In this document: piece by piece, positions 10,667 through 21,070 of the stretch
How the letters are laid out: every line of letters begins with the position of its first letter
Position numbering within the stretch: the stretch's first letter is position 1
Assembly: GCA_052279835.1 (NCBI GenBank)
Contig: CP181291.1
Span: 832,001-896,000, forward strand
DNA: 64,000 bases
Direction of reading: 5' to 3'
Source: Microcoleus sp.
GTDB lineage: Bacteria; Cyanobacteriota; Cyanobacteriia; Cyanobacteriales; Microcoleaceae
Notes under the pieces: generated by a model
Told to the model about the DNA's origin: nothing
Databases searched by the model: none
Seen by the model: the letters and a program-made list of their open reading frames with translations, nothing else
Position numbers and translations under genes: made by a program

Positions 10667-10702
10667 AATCTAGGATGATTGTGGCGCAGCTTACCGACAA
10701 TT

Positions 10703-11341
10703 TCAAGTACCGGGTAAGTTGCGCAGAGTTTCATCCATGTACGATCGATCGCCCAAAACCTCCAGCATCGGCCCGCGCACATCAAACTTGACAATACTAA
10801 CAGAAGCTGCTAGAGCAGCAATGCGATTGCGGTAACTTCCCAGATCGATTCCCAACAAACTGCACAGAATAATCCGAATAGTCGCCTTGTGCGAAACTAC
10901 CAAAACATTACCATCTTTGTACTTTTCCTGAATTTCTGCGATAATTAAGGACGATCTGCTAGCAATTTGCACAGAAGTTTCGCCATCAGTCGGCGCATTC
11001 CAAGCCGGTTCTGTCAACCAATTAATGTACTCTTGGGCATATTTTTCGCGGACAAATTCAACTGTTTGACCCTCCCACTTGCCGTACTTAATTTCCCTCA
11101 AGCCGTCGCGCAGTTGCATTTGAATTCCCAGAGTATCACACAAAGGTTTTGCAGTTGCGATCGTCCGTTTCATCGGACTGACATAAACAGCATTCCAAGG
11201 CAATTTTGCGTAAGTTGCAGCAAACTGTTCTGCCATGAGAGCACCTTCCGGTGTCAATTCTGCGTCGAGGTCGCCGCAGAAACCGCCTGTTTTGCTGTAA
11301 ACTGTTTCACCGTGGCGTAGAAAGTAGATTTTTAGGCTCAT
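10703..11341 (-). CDS. Histidine phosphatase (phosphoglycerate mutase) family protein
   Basis: LRHGET catalytic motif; LREIKYGKWEG; VVSH. Confidence 0.9.
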   Translation of the reverse strand: MSLKIYFLRHGETVYSKTGGFCGDLDAELTPEGALMAEQFAATYAKLPWNAVYVSPMKRTIATAKPLCDTLGIQMQLRDGLREIKYGKWEGQTVEFVREKYAQEYINWLTEPAWNAPTDGETSVQIASRSSLIIAEIQEKYKDGNVLVVSHKATIRIILCSLLGIDLGSYRNRIAALAASVSIVKFDVRGPMLEVLGDRSYMDETLRNLPGT

Positions 11342-11375
11342 ATCGATATCTTACTTGATTGGTGAAGAGGATTTT

Positions 11376-11420
11376 TTTAACCACAGAGGGCGCAGAGGGC
11401 ACAGAGGAAGAGAAGAGAGA
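11376..11420. repeat. AACC(A/G)CAGAGG(G/A)CGCAGAG repeat family; related copies near 13435-13465, 47357-47385, 48565-48600, 51740-51950 and 59278-59305
   Basis: Recurrent 9-mer-based intergenic motif on both strands. Confidence 0.65.
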
Positions 11421-11470
11421 GATGAGTAATATTGATACCTACGGATTTAAGATAAGAGTATCCCGTTTTT

Positions 11471-11544
11471 GTAGGGCCGAAGCATTCGCGCTGAAAATCT
11501 ATCGTATAGTCGATAGGATACAGGCGCGAATGCTTCGCCCTTGC
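11471..11544. repeat. REP-like inverted pair (GTAGGGCCGAAGCATTCGCG ... CGCGAATGCTTCGCCCT); related copy at 31159-31230
   Basis: GTAG-headed inverted arms around a variable core. Confidence 0.7.
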
Positions 11545-11605
11545 GGATATGTTTGCACAATCTGGATACTCCCTTTGCTATTGATTGTATGTGAATTTTC
11601 TCATA

Positions 11606-12292
11606 TTAACAAAAAAGCCTAAAAAAATCCTTCAAATCATCGAGAGCAGGATTATCCCAATCCCAAATATCTTTTTTGTGTTCCATAACATAATCGAACC
11701 CTGACATACTGCATTTCCTTCCAGCTTGTTTCTGTTCCTGATTTGAGCAAGTATCATACCTGAGATAGATGCTGACCCAAAATTTATCAAAATCTTTCTG
11801 GTTGATTTCCTTTCCCTGACTTTCTATGCAACTTTGCCAACTCTTCAAACAATCAGCATAAGGCGATTCTGTTGCCTTTATTTCCTTTAAAAGGGTTTCC
11901 AGTTCCCCTCTACCTCCCACATTTGTAAAGTAACAAGCCAATTTTGCCTTGGTTCCATTATCTCCACAAATATCGATAAATTGTTTAGTGCGTAACAAAG
12001 TTTCAGATTCAAACACTTGTTTTATACATCTGTCTACGAATTGCAGCCGTTCTTGCTCTGAATTGTTATCAATATCTATAATAATCCCTATTTTTTCTAT
12101 ATCTCTTTTTTGCAGGTCTGCTTCTAAAGCTTTTAAAGTAGTTGTTAACTTTGTTTCGCTCAAGCCTTCCAAACTTTCATAATCATCTATATAAATAGGT
12201 GGTTCTACCTGGAGATCGCAGTTTAGTTTCTCAACCATTGCCTGCATGAAAATTCTATCATTTTTACTTTCTACTATGACAATATTACTCAC
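11606..12292 (-). CDS. DUF3226-like TOPRIM-fold protein
   Basis: N-terminal IVESKND and IIIDIDN (DxD) TOPRIM-like motifs; GELETLL; overlaps the upstream ATPase. Confidence 0.7.
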   Translation of the reverse strand: MSNIVIVESKNDRIFMQAMVEKLNCDLQVEPPIYIDDYESLEGLSETKLTTTLKALEADLQKRDIEKIGIIIDIDNNSEQERLQFVDRCIKQVFESETLLRTKQFIDICGDNGTKAKLACYFTNVGGRGELETLLKEIKATESPYADCLKSWQSCIESQGKEINQKDFDKFWVSIYLRYDTCSNQEQKQAGRKCSMSGFDYVMEHKKDIWDWDNPALDDLKDFFRLFC

Positions 12293-13289
12293 CTCTCACT
12301 CCTTTTTGATGCTCTAGCGCGTAATTCAATGTTTCTAAATCGCGTCTGATACCGATAATTTGATTTGTTTTCGGTTTCTTTGCTAGTTCAAAATAGGCGC
12401 TGCTGCATTCCTGATTGGGTTCCAAACCAACATCAGCAAATGCTTGCAGCATCTCTAAACTGTGAGTTGTGGCAAAAATCTGGGTATCCAGTTCCACTGC
12501 TAATCGAAATAAGAATCTCCAAAAATTCCGCTGGTTTGTATAGTGAATGCCATTTTCTATTTCATCTATTAGCAAGATTTTGTGTTCGCTGTTTACCAGC
12601 TTAAGAATAATGTCTGCAACTCGGTTCATGGCATCTCCAAACAATGAGAGAGGTAAACGCTTTTCGCCTTTTCTTCTTAAGTACAGCGTGGGTTCGCCAA
12701 TTGAAAAACTTTCTACTGATTCTATCGCCGGATCGATAATTTGAAAAGCTTTCAAAACTTCACTATCTTTGTCATCCAAACGAGCGCGATCGTATGCTGC
12801 TGTGAGTTCTATTCCAGAAATCCTGGTAAACGATGGAATGATTGGTACTTTGCCAGTAGTAGAAGTATCATAACTCATTAAATGTGTCGCAGGAACCTTT
12901 TTTGATGACAAGGCAGAGCGATTTTCGTTCCTCATAAACTCAATAACTATACTAGATTTAACTGAATTAATTTCTAATTTAATTTCTACTCGATCCGTGT
13001 TGTTGTAGTCTTTTCCAATAATTACTATAGATGTATCTTTTTTGAGTGCGTAAAATAAGTTATCCCAGGCTCTATCTGGCATAGCTTGTATGGCTTTTGA
13101 TGACTCTCTTCTTAATTCTCTTAGGATTGCGAGACTGCTAACGTCTGGAGCAACATTGAGAAAAAGTGCTTCTAGCAAGGCTGTTTTGCCGGCATTGTTT
13201 TTACCGCCGATTAAATTGACTCTTTCAAACCCAGAAATTTTGATTTGCTCAAAGCACCTAAAATTTATGATTTCTATTTCTTTAAGCAT
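12285..13289 (-). CDS. AAA_15/AAA_21 ABC-type ATPase
   Basis: GKNNAGKT Walker A; LLIDEIENGIH Walker B/D-loop; ATTHS H-loop. Confidence 0.85.
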   Translation of the reverse strand: MLKEIEIINFRCFEQIKISGFERVNLIGGKNNAGKTALLEALFLNVAPDVSSLAILRELRRESSKAIQAMPDRAWDNLFYALKKDTSIVIIGKDYNNTDRVEIKLEINSVKSSIVIEFMRNENRSALSSKKVPATHLMSYDTSTTGKVPIIPSFTRISGIELTAAYDRARLDDKDSEVLKAFQIIDPAIESVESFSIGEPTLYLRRKGEKRLPLSLFGDAMNRVADIILKLVNSEHKILLIDEIENGIHYTNQRNFWRFLFRLAVELDTQIFATTHSLEMLQAFADVGLEPNQECSSAYFELAKKPKTNQIIGIRRDLETLNYALEHQKGVRGE

Positions 13290-13535
13290 TACCGATCCTT
13301 TTGAATGTACAAATCCTAAACCACCGTTGATTTATGCTAAGATGACTTTGATATTGGTGATTTTAATTATACACTACTCGATCGCGCGTCAGCCTCATTT
13401 TAGCATCAAAATTATTCATCTCTCTCTTATATTTCTCTGTGTTCTCTGCGTTCTCTGCGGTTAAAAAAAGAGAATTTCTTAACCGCAGATGACAATAGAT
13501 TAACGCAGATTCACGCAGATAAAGAGAAGCCGCGT

Positions 13536-16013
13536 TTACCCAGGAGCACCCGATCGCACTGTTTGATCTGCTGTCGCCGTCGGATCTTTCGTTTCCTTGG
13601 GCGTTTCCGACTCAACCGCACCCCCGTGCGGCCACTTCCAATCGCGGATTTCCGGCATATCGTCGCCGTGTTTGGTAATGTATTGCTTATGGTCGATCAG
13701 CTTGTCGCGCAGCGCCTGTTTGACATAAGCCGCGCCATAACCGAGTTTCGGCACGCGATCGATCGCATCTCCAACCAAATGGAAGCGATCGAGATCGTTC
13801 ATCACCACCATATCAAAGGGCGTCGTAGTCGTTCCCTCTTCCTTATAACCCCGAACGTGAATATTCGGGTGATTTTTGCGGCGATAAGTCAACCGGTGAA
13901 TCAGCCAAGGATAGCCGTGAAAAGCAAAAATCACCGGCTTATCTGTCGTGAAGATAGCATCAAAATCCTTGTCAGACAAACCGTGAGGATGTTCTGTCGA
14001 AGGCTGAAGCGTCATCAAATCCACCACATTCACCACCCGCACCTTTAACTCTGGGAAATATTGGCGCAAAAGGTCAACAGCCGCCAAAGTTTCCAGCGTC
14101 GGAACATCTCCCGCACAAGCCATCACCACATCGGGTTCGCCACCTTTGTCATTGCTAGCCCACTCCCAAATGCCAATACCCGCAGTGCAGTGTTTGATCG
14201 CAGCATCCATGTCCAGATATTGCAAAGCCGGCTGCTTTCCAGCAATAATTACGTTCACGTAGTGGCGGCTGCGCAGACAGTGGTCAGTTACTGATAGCAA
14301 AGTGTTCGCATCCGGTGGCAAATAAATGCGTACAACCTCTGCTTTTTTGTTAATTACATGGTCGATAAAACCAGGGTCTTGGTGAGAAAAACCGTTGTGG
14401 TCTTGCCGCCAAACGTGAGAAGTTAAGAGGTAGTTGAGAGAGGCGATCGGGCGGCGCCAAGGAATATCGCGAGTAGTTTTCAACCATTTAGCGTGTTGGT
14501 TGAACATCGAATCAATGATATGAATAAATGCTTCGTAGCAGGAGAAAAAGCCGTGCCTTCCTGTTAGCAAATAGCCTTCCAGCCATCCTTGACACAGATG
14601 TTCGCTGAGCACTTCCATCACCCGCCCGTCGGGAGACAAGTGCTCGTCATCCTCCGGTAAAACACTACCCATCCACTCCCGGCCAGTCACTTCAAACACC
14701 GGATCGAGGCGGTTGGAGGCCGTCTCGTCTGGTCCGACAATGCGGAAATTTTGGTTCTCCTGATTGAGTTTCATCACATCGCGCAGGAAACGACCGCAAA
14801 CGCGGGTTGCTTCTGCGATTCCAGTCCCCGGTTTTGGCACGTCTACGGCGTAGTCTGCAAATTCTGGCATTTTCAAATCTTTTAGCAAGATACCGCCGTT
14901 AGCGTGGGGATTTGCCCCCATGCGTCGATCGCCCTTGGGCGCTAATTCCGCCAATTCAGCAATCAATTTACCGTTTTCATCGAAAAGTTCTTCCGGCTTG
15001 TAACTCTTCATCCAATCTTCCAGGAGTTGGACGTGCTCAGGCTTGGAAGCCATTTCGGATAATGGAACTTGGTGCGATCGCCACGAACCCTCTGTTTTCT
15101 TACCGTCAACCTCCTTTGGCCCAGTCCAGCCTTTGGGAGTTTTCATCACAATCATCGGCCACTGAGGGCGATCGGCATAGCCCTCATTCCGGGCTTTCTC
15201 CTGAATCGCCTTAATTTCGCCAATGACAGTATCCATCGTTGCAGCCATCAACTGGTGCATCGTTTCCGGGTCCGATCCTTCCACCCAATAAGGTTTGTAG
15301 CCGTAACCAACCATCAAACTTTCCAACTCCTCGCGGGGAATGCGGGCCAACAGCGTCGGATTGGCAATTTTGTAGCCATTCAGGTGCAAAATCGGCAACA
15401 CGGCCCCATCCCGAACCGGGTTTAGAAACTTGTTAGAATGCCAGCTAGCAGCCAGCGGGCCGGTTTCTGCTTCTCCGTCGCCGACAACTGCGGCCACAAT
15501 CAAATCGGGATTATCCAATACCGCCCCATAAGCGTGGACGAGGGCGTAGCCTAGTTCACCGCCTTCATGAATCGAGCCCGGAGTTTCCGGCGCGACGTGG
15601 CTGGGAATACCGCCGGGGAAGGAAAACTGTTTGAACAGTCGTTTCATCCCCTCAGCATCTTGGGAAATATTCGGATAATACTCGGTATAAGTTCCTTCCA
15701 AGTAAGTGTTGGCCACCAAGCCCGGTCCGCCGTGGCCTGGGCCTGCGATGTAGATCGCGTTTAAGTCTTGCGCTTTGATGAGGCGGTTGAGGTGAACGTA
15801 GATGAAGTTGAGACCTGGAGTGGTCCCCCAGTGTCCGAGGAGTCTGGGTTTGACGTGTTCGAGTTTGAGGGGTTCTTTGAGTAGGGGGTTGTCGAGGAGA
15901 TAGATTTGTCCGACGGAAAGGTAGTTTGCCGATCGCCAGTAAGCGTTCATTTTGTGCAATTCTGAGTCGGAAAGCGGTTTTAGTTGGGGGATTTGGGTCG
16001 TTCCTAGCATCAT
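13536..16013 (-). CDS. xfp: Xylulose-5-P/fructose-6-P phosphoketolase
   Basis: [26 protein letters not shown] and [12 protein letters not shown] motifs. Start set at MMLGTTQ; the upstream extension in the track is repeat DNA. Confidence 0.95.
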   Translation of the reverse strand: MMLGTTQIPQLKPLSDSELHKMNAYWRSANYLSVGQIYLLDNPLLKEPLKLEHVKPRLLGHWGTTPGLNFIYVHLNRLIKAQDLNAIYIAGPGHGGPGLVANTYLEGTYTEYYPNISQDAEGMKRLFKQFSFPGGIPSHVAPETPGSIHEGGELGYALVHAYGAVLDNPDLIVAAVVGDGEAETGPLAASWHSNKFLNPVRDGAVLPILHLNGYKIANPTLLARIPREELESLMVGYGYKPYWVEGSDPETMHQLMAATMDTVIGEIKAIQEKARNEGYADRPQWPMIVMKTPKGWTGPKEVDGKKTEGSWRSHQVPLSEMASKPEHVQLLEDWMKSYKPEELFDENGKLIAELAELAPKGDRRMGANPHANGGILLKDLKMPEFADYAVDVPKPGTGIAEATRVCGRFLRDVMKLNQENQNFRIVGPDETASNRLDPVFEVTGREWMGSVLPEDDEHLSPDGRVMEVLSEHLCQGWLEGYLLTGRHGFFSCYEAFIHIIDSMFNQHAKWLKTTRDIPWRRPIASLNYLLTSHVWRQDHNGFSHQDPGFIDHVINKKAEVVRIYLPPDANTLLSVTDHCLRSRHYVNVIIAGKQPALQYLDMDAAIKHCTAGIGIWEWASNDKGGEPDVVMACAGDVPTLETLAAVDLLRQYFPELKVRVVNVVDLMTLQPSTEHPHGLSDKDFDAIFTTDKPVIFAFHGYPWLIHRLTYRRKNHPNIHVRGYKEEGTTTTPFDMVVMNDLDRFHLVGDAIDRVPKLGYGAAYVKQALRDKLIDHKQYITKHGDDMPEIRDWKWPHGGAVESETPKETKDPTATADQTVRSGAPG

Positions 16014-16431
16014 ATGCGATTCAATCCTGTGTTTTGGTTGTTTGTTTGGTAAATTCTGTTTTGAAATTAGGAATTCTGGGAGTTCAGAAACCTGGTTTTT
16101 TGCCGAATCTGCGGGCTTCAACAAAGTATTTTCGTAAAAAACCCGGTTTCTTTGTCGGAGTGCGTAATCTATGTTTACTCCATATTTCACAAGCAAACAA
16201 TTGAATTGTATACCAGTCGAGCGCAATCAAAGTTTAAATTAACGTTAATTTTCTGGGAACAATCTGGCAATTTTGACCGAGGAAAGGTGGCAGGTTGCGG
16301 GGGTGAAAGCCTGCGGGAATAAAGAAGATAGATCTCTAGGTATAGGCAATAATGAGTTATATTCGATCAGCAGATTTTTAATGCCGGAGCTATAATGGAA
16401 AAGTTAAACATTAAATCTGAAGGGGGCCTTA

Positions 16432-16647
16432 ATGCTACCTGTTAAGAAAAAACTTGTCACCGATGAAGCAATGCGTCCAGTTGCAGTGCTGATTGATTAT
16501 GAGGACTGGCAGAAAATTGAGCAATTGTTAGAGACTCTGATAGTTCAACAGACTGAAAAAAGTAATTTAGCAAAGTATGCGGGTGTCATTAAACTAACTC
16601 AAGACCCGTTAGAGTATCAGAAAACAATTAGGGAGGAGTGGGATTGA
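16432..16647 (+). CDS. Putative antitoxin
   Basis: 71 aa ending DPLEYQKTIREEWD; overlaps the downstream PIN gene. Confidence 0.7.
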   Translation: MLPVKKKLVTDEAMRPVAVLIDYEDWQKIEQLLETLIVQQTEKSNLAKYAGVIKLTQDPLEYQKTIREEWD

Positions 16648-17012
16648 GTCAAGCTTTAATTGTGTTAGATACCAATGTAGCTTTGTACTACTTGGGCGGT
16701 CGTTTAATAAATCCATTACCAGCAGGACAATATTTTGTTTCTGTGATAACTGAGATAGAGTTATTATCTTATCCTAGTCTCAGTTCCGCTCAAGAGGTGC
16801 TGATTCGTGATTTCTTGACTAATGTTACAGTGGTTGGGCTGGATAGTAATATCAAGGATTTGGCGATCGTATTGCGGAAAACTTACAGGCTCAAACTTCC
16901 CGATGCCGTAGTTGCAGCAACAGCAAAGTTTCTCAATGCAATGCTGTTGACGAATGATATCAAACTGACTAATTTAACAGAGATTAATACTGAGTCAGTG
17001 CAAATCTTGTAA
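16638..17012 (+). CDS. VapC/PIN-domain toxin
   Basis: VLDTNV, SVITEIE, LKLPDAVVAATA and LLTND motifs. Confidence 0.88.
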   Translation: MGLSQALIVLDTNVALYYLGGRLINPLPAGQYFVSVITEIELLSYPSLSSAQEVLIRDFLTNVTVVGLDSNIKDLAIVLRKTYRLKLPDAVVAATAKFLNAMLLTNDIKLTNLTEINTESVQIL

Positions 17013-17225
17013 AAAAGAGCGATCGCATTTTCATCGAGATACTGAAAAAAGTGCGATCGCTCTTCAATTTTCTTTCCACCAACAGCTAGAAAGTCCGACT
17101 GACTCTCTTTAACCATTCATTGCCATTGGGTGTTTTTCCCGCAACACCGAATTCATCTGTTATGGGAGTAGTATCAGTCATGAGAGCAGGTCATTGAGCA
17201 GCTAGAGATCAACTACAACATCACC

Positions 17226-17483
17226 ATGAGCCAGCAGACGCTCTCTACTATCGAAAACGGCAAGCGCAAAGTAGACGCCGAGAGGGAGTTACCCGCCTTC
17301 GCCGCCGTGTACGAAAAACCGATCGATTATTTCTATGAAACTCTGCAATTGCCCGCCGCACCCCCAGCCGCATCCGCACCCAAGCGCCGCTCAGCAGTCA
17401 CCGTTGACATGGATGCTCTGACTCACCGCGATAAGCTAGAGCTAGCAGCAGAATTAATTCACAACGTTTTGCAAGAAACCTAA
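17226..17483 (+). pseudogene. XRE-family HTH regulator, probably 5'-truncated
   Basis: Begins mid-HTH (SQQTLSTIENGKR). Confidence 0.5.
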
Positions 17484-17545
17484 CTAATAGGGCGATCGCC
17501 TTACAATATCAAATAGCTACACAATTCATAAATTCCAAAATTTAT

Positions 17546-17905
17546 ATGACAATCAAAGAACTAGAAACACAACTATTGGCTTTAACGCCGATCGACAAAG
17601 CTGAAGCCATCAGCATCTTAACCCAGAGTCTGAAAAACAGCGGTCGCCCAATTACAAAAACTCCCGGGGTGATGGGCGGCGACGCTTGTATTGACAACAC
17701 TCGCATTCCCGTTTGGTTGCTCGCCAGCTATCGGAATGACGGCGCTACCGATGCTTTTATCCTAGATTGCTATCCCCATCTCAGTGCTGCTGATTTAGTA
17801 AATGTTTGGGCTTATACTGAAGCTTATGCAGACGAAATTGAGGAAGCAATTCGATTGCAAGATGAGGCTGACGAATTATTAGATACACCTGAAAATATCC
17901 AATAA
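17546..17905 (+). CDS. DUF433 family antitoxin
   Basis: TPGVMGGDACIDNTRIPV motif. Confidence 0.88.
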   Translation: MTIKELETQLLALTPIDKAEAISILTQSLKNSGRPITKTPGVMGGDACIDNTRIPVWLLASYRNDGATDAFILDCYPHLSAADLVNVWAYTEAYADEIEEAIRLQDEADELLDTPENIQ

Positions 17906-17909
17906 ACCT

Positions 17910-18257
17910 ATGGTGCGTCTCTACGCAGACGAACAATTTCCCCGGCAAGTCGTGCAAAATCTGCGGTATGAGGGGCATGATATCCTGACTGTTCAAGAAG
18001 CAGGAAATACTGGACTACCTGATGAGGATGTATTGGCATTTGCTATTAGCGAAAATCGGGCTGTTTTGACCGTCAACCGGCGCGATTTCTTTCAACTGCA
18101 CAAGCTGCAACCCAACCACTTTGGTATTATTGCCTGCACGCGAGATGACGATATTGCTCGACTGACTGCTAATATTAATGATGCGATATCTATTGCTGAG
18201 ACATTGACGGGAAAAGTGATTCGAGTCTATCGTTCTGGGCCGCCATCTATATCTTAA
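17910..18257 (+). CDS. DUF5615 PIN-like toxin
   Basis: LYADEQFP, GHDILTV, PDEDVL and VLTVNRRDF motifs. Confidence 0.85.
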   Translation: MVRLYADEQFPRQVVQNLRYEGHDILTVQEAGNTGLPDEDVLAFAISENRAVLTVNRRDFFQLHKLQPNHFGIIACTRDDDIARLTANINDAISIAETLTGKVIRVYRSGPPSIS

Positions 18258-18310
18258 TTTAGCGAGTAAGGTGCATCAGCTATTGAAGCCCTGAATAACT
18301 CGCTAAATTC

Positions 18311-19174
18311 TTATCTTTCCGACTGCTGCGCCTCCAGCCAAGCCTCCAAATCTGGCATAGTAGCAAAATCCAACAGGGCCTCACTCAAATCTTCGAGCAC
18401 TAGCAAGGGCAGATTAGCAAGGCGCACGCGCATTTCCTCAGAAATTTCTTGCCGTAACCGACGGGTTAATTGTCGGACAATCAGGGCACAGGCTTCTGCC
18501 TGCCGTCCTTCCTGCCGTCCTTCCGCCTTAGCTTCTTGATAGAATCTCGTTTCCTGCAATGTAATTCCCAACATCGATTCCACCTCGGCTCGACTCAACG
18601 ATGTAAATTTGTACGACAAAATAGTAGCTAATAGGTCTATTATGTCACGACCTGCTGCTGGTGGAACTTCTTGCTGCACTCGGCTCAGCAAATACCTTGC
18701 TTCTGCTGGTGCTTGAGTCTCCCCGACAGTCGTCAACACCATCAGCGCAATTCCCAAAGGCAAAGCGCGAATATCCCCCAACTCATCCAAGCATACCCGA
18801 TGCACTTGATTGCTGTTGAGCAAAGCTCGATAAGGATAAACATCGCTTTGTTCGACACTGCGTGATGGATAAATCACTACAGCTTGCCAATCGCTGTAAC
18901 GACTGCGATTGCGGTAAAAGTATAAAAACGATTCGCCAAACAATCGTTCGTAAAGCTGTTCGTCTTTCTGAAACTGAACTTCACAAAAATAGACAATGCC
19001 CGGTTCCTCAGATTCTGGGGGCAAAAATACGCCGTCAATTTCAAATTTAGGTTCTTTGACTGCCACCGAGTCAAAGCGATAATTGGCAGCATTTGCTGGA
19101 GTTGTCGCTAGTAGATCGAACAGTAAGGTGGGCGCTTGTCCGAACAGTTTATAGAATATTGAATCCCGCCGCAT
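18311..19174 (-). CDS. Rpn-like (DUF2887) PD-(D/E)xK protein with DUF4351-like C-terminus
   Basis: MRRDSIFYKLF, IDGVFLP, CEVQFQ; C-terminal LEDLSEALLDF. Confidence 0.85.
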   Translation of the reverse strand: MRRDSIFYKLFGQAPTLLFDLLATTPANAANYRFDSVAVKEPKFEIDGVFLPPESEEPGIVYFCEVQFQKDEQLYERLFGESFLYFYRNRSRYSDWQAVVIYPSRSVEQSDVYPYRALLNSNQVHRVCLDELGDIRALPLGIALMVLTTVGETQAPAEARYLLSRVQQEVPPAAGRDIIDLLATILSYKFTSLSRAEVESMLGITLQETRFYQEAKAEGRQEGRQAEACALIVRQLTRRLRQEISEEMRVRLANLPLLVLEDLSEALLDFATMPDLEAWLEAQQSER

Positions 19175-19269
19175 GAAAGATTTGCAAAGAAAGAGAGACA
19201 AATTAATATTACTGCATAATGGTTTGTCAAAAATATGCGATCGCCCTCTATCGAAATCTCGAAATATGC

Positions 19270-19290
19270 GTTAGCGAAGCCCTCGAAGAG
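19270..19290 (+). repeat. 21-nt short dispersed repeat within a HIP1 site
   Basis: GC[GTTAGCGAAGCCCTCGAAGAG]GATCGC; an empty copy of the same context lies at 19231-19247. Confidence 0.85.
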
Positions 19291-19637
19291 GATCGCCCTT
19301 AATTCAAATTTTATTAAAAGTGCGGCAAAAACACTATCGAAATCCCCTCGCACACCCTCAAGTCCGCCGGGGGTTGAAAACCCCCGTCTCATAGCGAAAG
19401 TCCTCTGAAAGAGGACTGAAAAGACAATGTAATAAGCGACTTAATCGCCTATTTGACTCTAATTTACCAGTTGTTTACTACCATATATAGTTCTAGCTGA
19501 ATATTCATTGTAATTTTTTTTGTAAAAGATTGAGCTTAGTGAGAAACCGAATCCATAAAATAACAAAGGCTTCTTAAGGAGTCTGCACTAAAATATAATA
19601 AATTTTGGTATTCAGAACAATTTGAGGTAATCGAGTA

Positions 19638-20321
19638 ATGCAAGAGTTCTACAAAATCGTTCAATCAGCTACAAAAGAGCAACGAAAAAATCTAGCAGAG
19701 CTGACCGAATCGGCGTTTGGTGATGCTCCTGATATTCTTTGCAATCATGTACGCTATCTCAGAGCTGGAAGTATTGGCCAACTTTTTTGGAATAATTCTT
19801 GGAAACAAGTTGTAACAGATGTTGCCGATCGTATCAGTATTGATTGGGCAACCACATTAAGGGGTCGTCAGTGGCGCCACTTAGAAACCCAAGAGATTGA
19901 GACTGCTGTTGTAACCAAACTGTTTCAGAATATGCTGGAGCAACTTTCACCAGAGCAACGACAAAAGCTTGTTATAGAGATGAAAAGAGATAGCAGCGAT
20001 CCAGCTCTTGAAAGTTTGTTGTTGAGCGGCAGTGTAATGACCATTGCAAAAATGAGTGGTTTTGGGGTGTATCTGTTGGCAAGCACTGTTCTGGGCGGTC
20101 TAACTAATGCTTTGGGGATTACGTTACCTTTTGCAATTTATATGGGCATGAGTCAGGGAATTGCGCTTATACTCGGCCCCGTAGGCTGGGCAGCACTTGC
20201 TGGAGGTATTCTATTCACACTCAATCAACCTAATTGGAATCGTCTAACTTTGGCTGTTGTCTATGTTTCGATGCTTCGCAATCAGGAAGAGTTCATCGCT
20301 ACAACCCATCGATCGGGGTAA
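19638..20321 (+). CDS. YaaW/UPF0174-like hypothetical protein
   Basis: WKQVVTDVADR, EIETAVV and Gly-rich GPVGW hydrophobic C-terminus. Confidence 0.6.
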   Translation: MQEFYKIVQSATKEQRKNLAELTESAFGDAPDILCNHVRYLRAGSIGQLFWNNSWKQVVTDVADRISIDWATTLRGRQWRHLETQEIETAVVTKLFQNMLEQLSPEQRQKLVIEMKRDSSDPALESLLLSGSVMTIAKMSGFGVYLLASTVLGGLTNALGITLPFAIYMGMSQGIALILGPVGWAALAGGILFTLNQPNWNRLTLAVVYVSMLRNQEEFIATTHRSG

Positions 20322-20430
20322 AATATGGTCTATCGTAAACAGAGTAGAGCTGCTTTATTCCGCTGAATGGCAATATTCACAAAGAAAATTAGCTCTACTT
20401 CTTACTAAATTTATAGTAGCGCGGTTTACC
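20290..20430 (-). pseudogene. HNH endonuclease 5' fragment with a premature stop
   Basis: Minus strand reads VRSRANFLCEYCHSAE*SSSTLFTIDHILPRSMGCSDE (CxxC and DHI motifs); truncated where it meets the opposing gene. Confidence 0.8.
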
Positions 20431-20652
20431 GGAGGCTGCTATAACTTTAGCGTTAATTAAGGTAAAAATCCGATCTAGTTCTAGTAAGCTTGCTAATTCT
20501 ACAACCTCTTCTGAAGTTAAAAGATTAGCCTTTTTTCTCTCGGCTAATTCTTCTAATCTGGCTTGCAGGTTTTCCGTAAATTTGAATAAGTAAAGATTTC
20601 TGACTTTCTGCATCGAAATCTCACGATCGATCCAGTAGGAAGGTTGTACCAT
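20395..20652 (-). CDS. Small hypothetical protein, antitoxin-like partner upstream of the HNH fragment
   Basis: LQARLEELAERKK...LTSEE pattern; directly upstream of the HNH remnant. Confidence 0.6.
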   Translation of the reverse strand: MVQPSYWIDREISMQKVRNLYLFKFTENLQARLEELAERKKANLLTSEEVVELASLLELDRIFTLINAKVIAASGKPRYYKFSKK

Positions 20653-20769
20653 AAGTTCAGATATTATGGTGATTCAATTACTCCAATTACTACATGGATA
20701 GTCTTGATTATATCATTAAAACAAAATGTTCCGATGCCACGGTTTCTACAACCTGGATGTGAATCAATA

Positions 20770-21018
20770 TTAACCTGCTGTTGCCAAAGAACGAACAGTT
20801 AAGATTTCATCAGGGCGGAGAACTTCTACAGTAGAGATAGGGACGGCTATAACTGTAAGAGACTCACCAACAGCATTAAATACTTCCAACAGACAGCCTT
20901 CTTCACCACCACTAGGATGAGGAACAAAATCAACCAATGTGGCAATATCTCCAGCCCTGAGTTGATATTCTGGTAAGTCACGAGTTAAAGCAACTTCCTG
21001 ATATAGCTTTAGAATCAT
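20770..21018 (-). CDS. DUF4926 family protein
   Basis: VALTRDLPEYQLRAGDIATLVD...LEVFNAVG. Confidence 0.8.
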   Translation of the reverse strand: MILKLYQEVALTRDLPEYQLRAGDIATLVDFVPHPSGGEEGCLLEVFNAVGESLTVIAVPISTVEVLRPDEILTVRSLATAG

Positions 21019-21070
21019 GTTAAGTCTCCTTTTAAGCTGTCAGCCGGCCAAGTCCATTAGTCATCCCACG

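Noticed and set aside
16014..16226. N-terminal extensions in the ORF track for xfp (also MTase 5242, ArsC 33743, GT 51901, macro 56529, fetB 43539)
   Set aside because: Most run through repeats or tRNA sequence, and better starts exist downstream, several with a clear RBS.
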